Shown: positions 62,120 to 64,000 of the stretch, one piece after another | Layout of the letters: each line of letters starts with the position of its first letter | How positions within the stretch are numbered: position 1 is the stretch's first letter | Virus record (IMG/VR): IMGVR_UViG_3300037424_001387 | Location: 539-64,538 of that record | Strand: one strand, 5' to 3' | Origin: a virus | Taxonomy: Duplodnaviria; Caudoviricetes | DNA: 64,000 nucleotides | Program-made: the position numbers and the translations under genes | The notes under the pieces: model-generated | The model's database searches: none | The model's input: only the letters and a program-made list of their open reading frames with translations | What the model was told of the DNA's origin: nothing

Positions 62120-63459
62120 AATCCAAGTCCTTTAATCGATAATTCCCGCAAAATCAACCCGCTGAACCGGTCGAACAAGTGAGCACCTTTTCCGGTTGCG
62201 GTGTGCCTGCTGAGTTTTAATTCCAACTTGATAACATCTGGCTGCTCCTGATTAATCTCAGGCACAAAAAGACCGTCTGCCGCCGCCGCCGCATCACCGC
62301 CGCCTTTGACCCCTGGCGTATAGCTGCCATTAGATTCCCTAATCCCCTGTTCGCTCTTTTGAGCCAGGGCGCACATAACAATTTGCTCCTCTTGGGCAAT
62401 CTCCTGGATTGTCAAGGCGGTTTGGCTCTGCCGTTCGTAAATCGATGCGCCGTTGCCGAACAACTGGCTATAATCAAGCCAGGCCATTGACAACCCGTGC
62501 TTCATTTTGTCTCGCTTGATGCTGTAGCGCAGGGTCGTCAAGTCCCTGATCCCGTCTCTTGTGTCCCAAACCCGAATTGGTAATATCTGCCAAAGTTTTC
62601 GCGCCTCTTGAATGGCGCTGTATTCGTCTGGGGTCAAGACCGGGGTATTTTGATGCTTCATCCAAATTCGACGGATGAAGATACCCGACAGCCGCTTTTT
62701 TGAGCGGTATGCCTCACCGAACCGATCAAACAAAATCTTTGTGGCTAACATCGCCTGGCAATCAAGAACAAATTGTTCCCGCGTCCCTTCGGCCGGATAG
62801 GCGTTAACCGAAAACCCTTTTAAGGCCGCGTGTAAAAGAACATTCCGCATCAGTGTGGATTTACCAGCCTTGTATGGAGCAGCTATCCAGTAATTACAGC
62901 CCGGCCACATTCCGCCGCTTAACTCGTCAAACCATCCTATCCCGGTCGGGATGGGGGGGGCGGTATAGCCCTCGATTTGTTGCCAGGCCGCCCCGTCAAC
63001 CGATGCCGCCGTTCCGTCTCTTTCGTTCTTATCAGCGTAGATGCCGGCCAGGGCTGCGTTAGCCTCTTCAATCGCTTTGTCTATCTCTTCCGCGTTGTCT
63101 ACGGAGGCTAACGTTTTACCAATCTGGCGTATCCCGGCCAAGATTCCAATCGCTTTTAGCTGTTCGGAATTGTAAACTAATAGCCGGTTGTCTTCTTCGG
63201 TAAAAGCGTTGGCAACCGATTTAATTAGCCCTGCTTGGCTTTCGTCACATCGGGCAATGACCGCTTCAACCGTTGGGGGCGTGCTCGAATCGACGCAACG
63301 GACCACCGCCCGCCATATTAGCCTATGCTGAGGACAAAACCAATCGGTGTTACCTCTGATGATTTCCAGGACCGGGAATACCGCCCCGTCATCCACCAAC
63401 ACGCACGACAGGACCTTAGCTGATAGCGTCTGCCACAACTCAACCAGGGGGCGGCTCAT
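62116..63459 (-). CDS. dnaB: DnaB-like replicative helicase
   Basis: N-terminal FCPQHRLIW, AAPYKAGKST Walker A, WLDYSQL, ALAQ, LKLSRH. Confidence 0.85.
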   Translation of the reverse strand: MSRPLVELWQTLSAKVLSCVLVDDGAVFPVLEIIRGNTDWFCPQHRLIWRAVVRCVDSSTPPTVEAVIARCDESQAGLIKSVANAFTEEDNRLLVYNSEQLKAIGILAGIRQIGKTLASVDNAEEIDKAIEEANAALAGIYADKNERDGTAASVDGAAWQQIEGYTAPPIPTGIGWFDELSGGMWPGCNYWIAAPYKAGKSTLMRNVLLHAALKGFSVNAYPAEGTREQFVLDCQAMLATKILFDRFGEAYRSKKRLSGIFIRRIWMKHQNTPVLTPDEYSAIQEARKLWQILPIRVWDTRDGIRDLTTLRYSIKRDKMKHGLSMAWLDYSQLFGNGASIYERQSQTALTIQEIAQEEQIVMCALAQKSEQGIRESNGSYTPGVKGGGDAAAAADGLFVPEINQEQPDVIKLELKLSRHTATGKGAHLFDRFSGLILRELSIKGLGL

Positions 63460-64000
63460 ATCATAATCCTTTTGCCGTCCACCTCAACATACTCGCCCTT
63501 GCCGTTATTACCGCTTCGGAAGGTCTTTTGCGTAAATACGTTGTAGTCACCCCCGCAATCGTAGACCTCCCAAAACCGGATAATGTTCGCCGGGCCAACC
63601 CCGTGGCCCACGCTGCTTTTAATGCTATTCTTCCAGACATCCAAATTGATTGTCCCACGTTCGGTTACACCTGTCAGGATTGCTTCTCTCCTGATTCGCC
63701 TCTGCTCTTGGTTATTCCCCCACCCAATAACTTGTTCGTATATTTTTAGAACCGGGTCTCTACTCGCAAACCATTGATCTGCTGGATTTACTGCTGTTGC
63801 TTCGCTAACTTTTCCTTCCATCGACGTAAAGTGTTCGAGATAATCTATTTTTTTATTTACACCCTCTATTGATGGTTCACCTGACGGTTCTATTGATGGT
63901 TTGGGTGACATTTTGCCGGGGGGGGGGGTGACATTTTGCCGGGGGGGGGGTGACATTTTGCCGGGGGGGGGGGTGACATTTTATACATTGTAGTCCGGTC
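63456..64000 (-). CDS. Replication initiator (C-terminal part), apparent frameshift in a poly-C tract
   Basis: Upstream of dnaB; RTTMYK then Pro-rich repeats then EPSGEPSIE linker typical of phage replisome organizers. Confidence 0.65.
63906..63983. repeat. Iteron-like tandem repeat with poly-G spacers
   Basis: TGACATTTTGCC-G11, -G10, -G11, then TGACATTTTA. Confidence 0.9.

Noticed and set aside
1-64000. Integrase, repressor, att site or flanking host genes
   Set aside because: None recognised; lifestyle and prophage status cannot be called from this window
1-64000. Stop-codon reassignment
   Set aside because: Core genes are full length under code 11 and all three stops are used as terminators

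Overview
This window looks like most of a tailed (siphovirus-like) phage or prophage genome, almost entirely encoded on the minus strand. Reading from 64000 downward it carries: a replication initiator (partial, with poly-G iteron-like repeats) and DnaB helicase; a C5 methyltransferase; a membrane/FtsK-like ATPase module; and four short plus-strand cassettes driven by near-identical sigma70 promoters. These are followed by two convergent structured ncRNA candidates (52.4-52.9 kb) and an early operon ending in an array-less type IV-B CRISPR-Cas set (csf1-cas11-csf2-csf3-cysH-like) that also encodes a Csx16-like protein. Next come a holin, ParB-MTase, terminase, portal-MuF, a glycosyl/methyl/acetyl-transferase cluster, head and tail genes, and finally recombination and nucleotide genes (Sak4-like AAA, VRR-NUC, MazG-like, Prim-Pol, N4/N6 MTase) with two C4-like antisense RNA leaders. 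A Chloroflexota host is inferred from protein motifs. No integrase, repressor, CRISPR array, canonical tRNA or clear endolysin was seen. All family calls are by motif recognition only; no database search was run.
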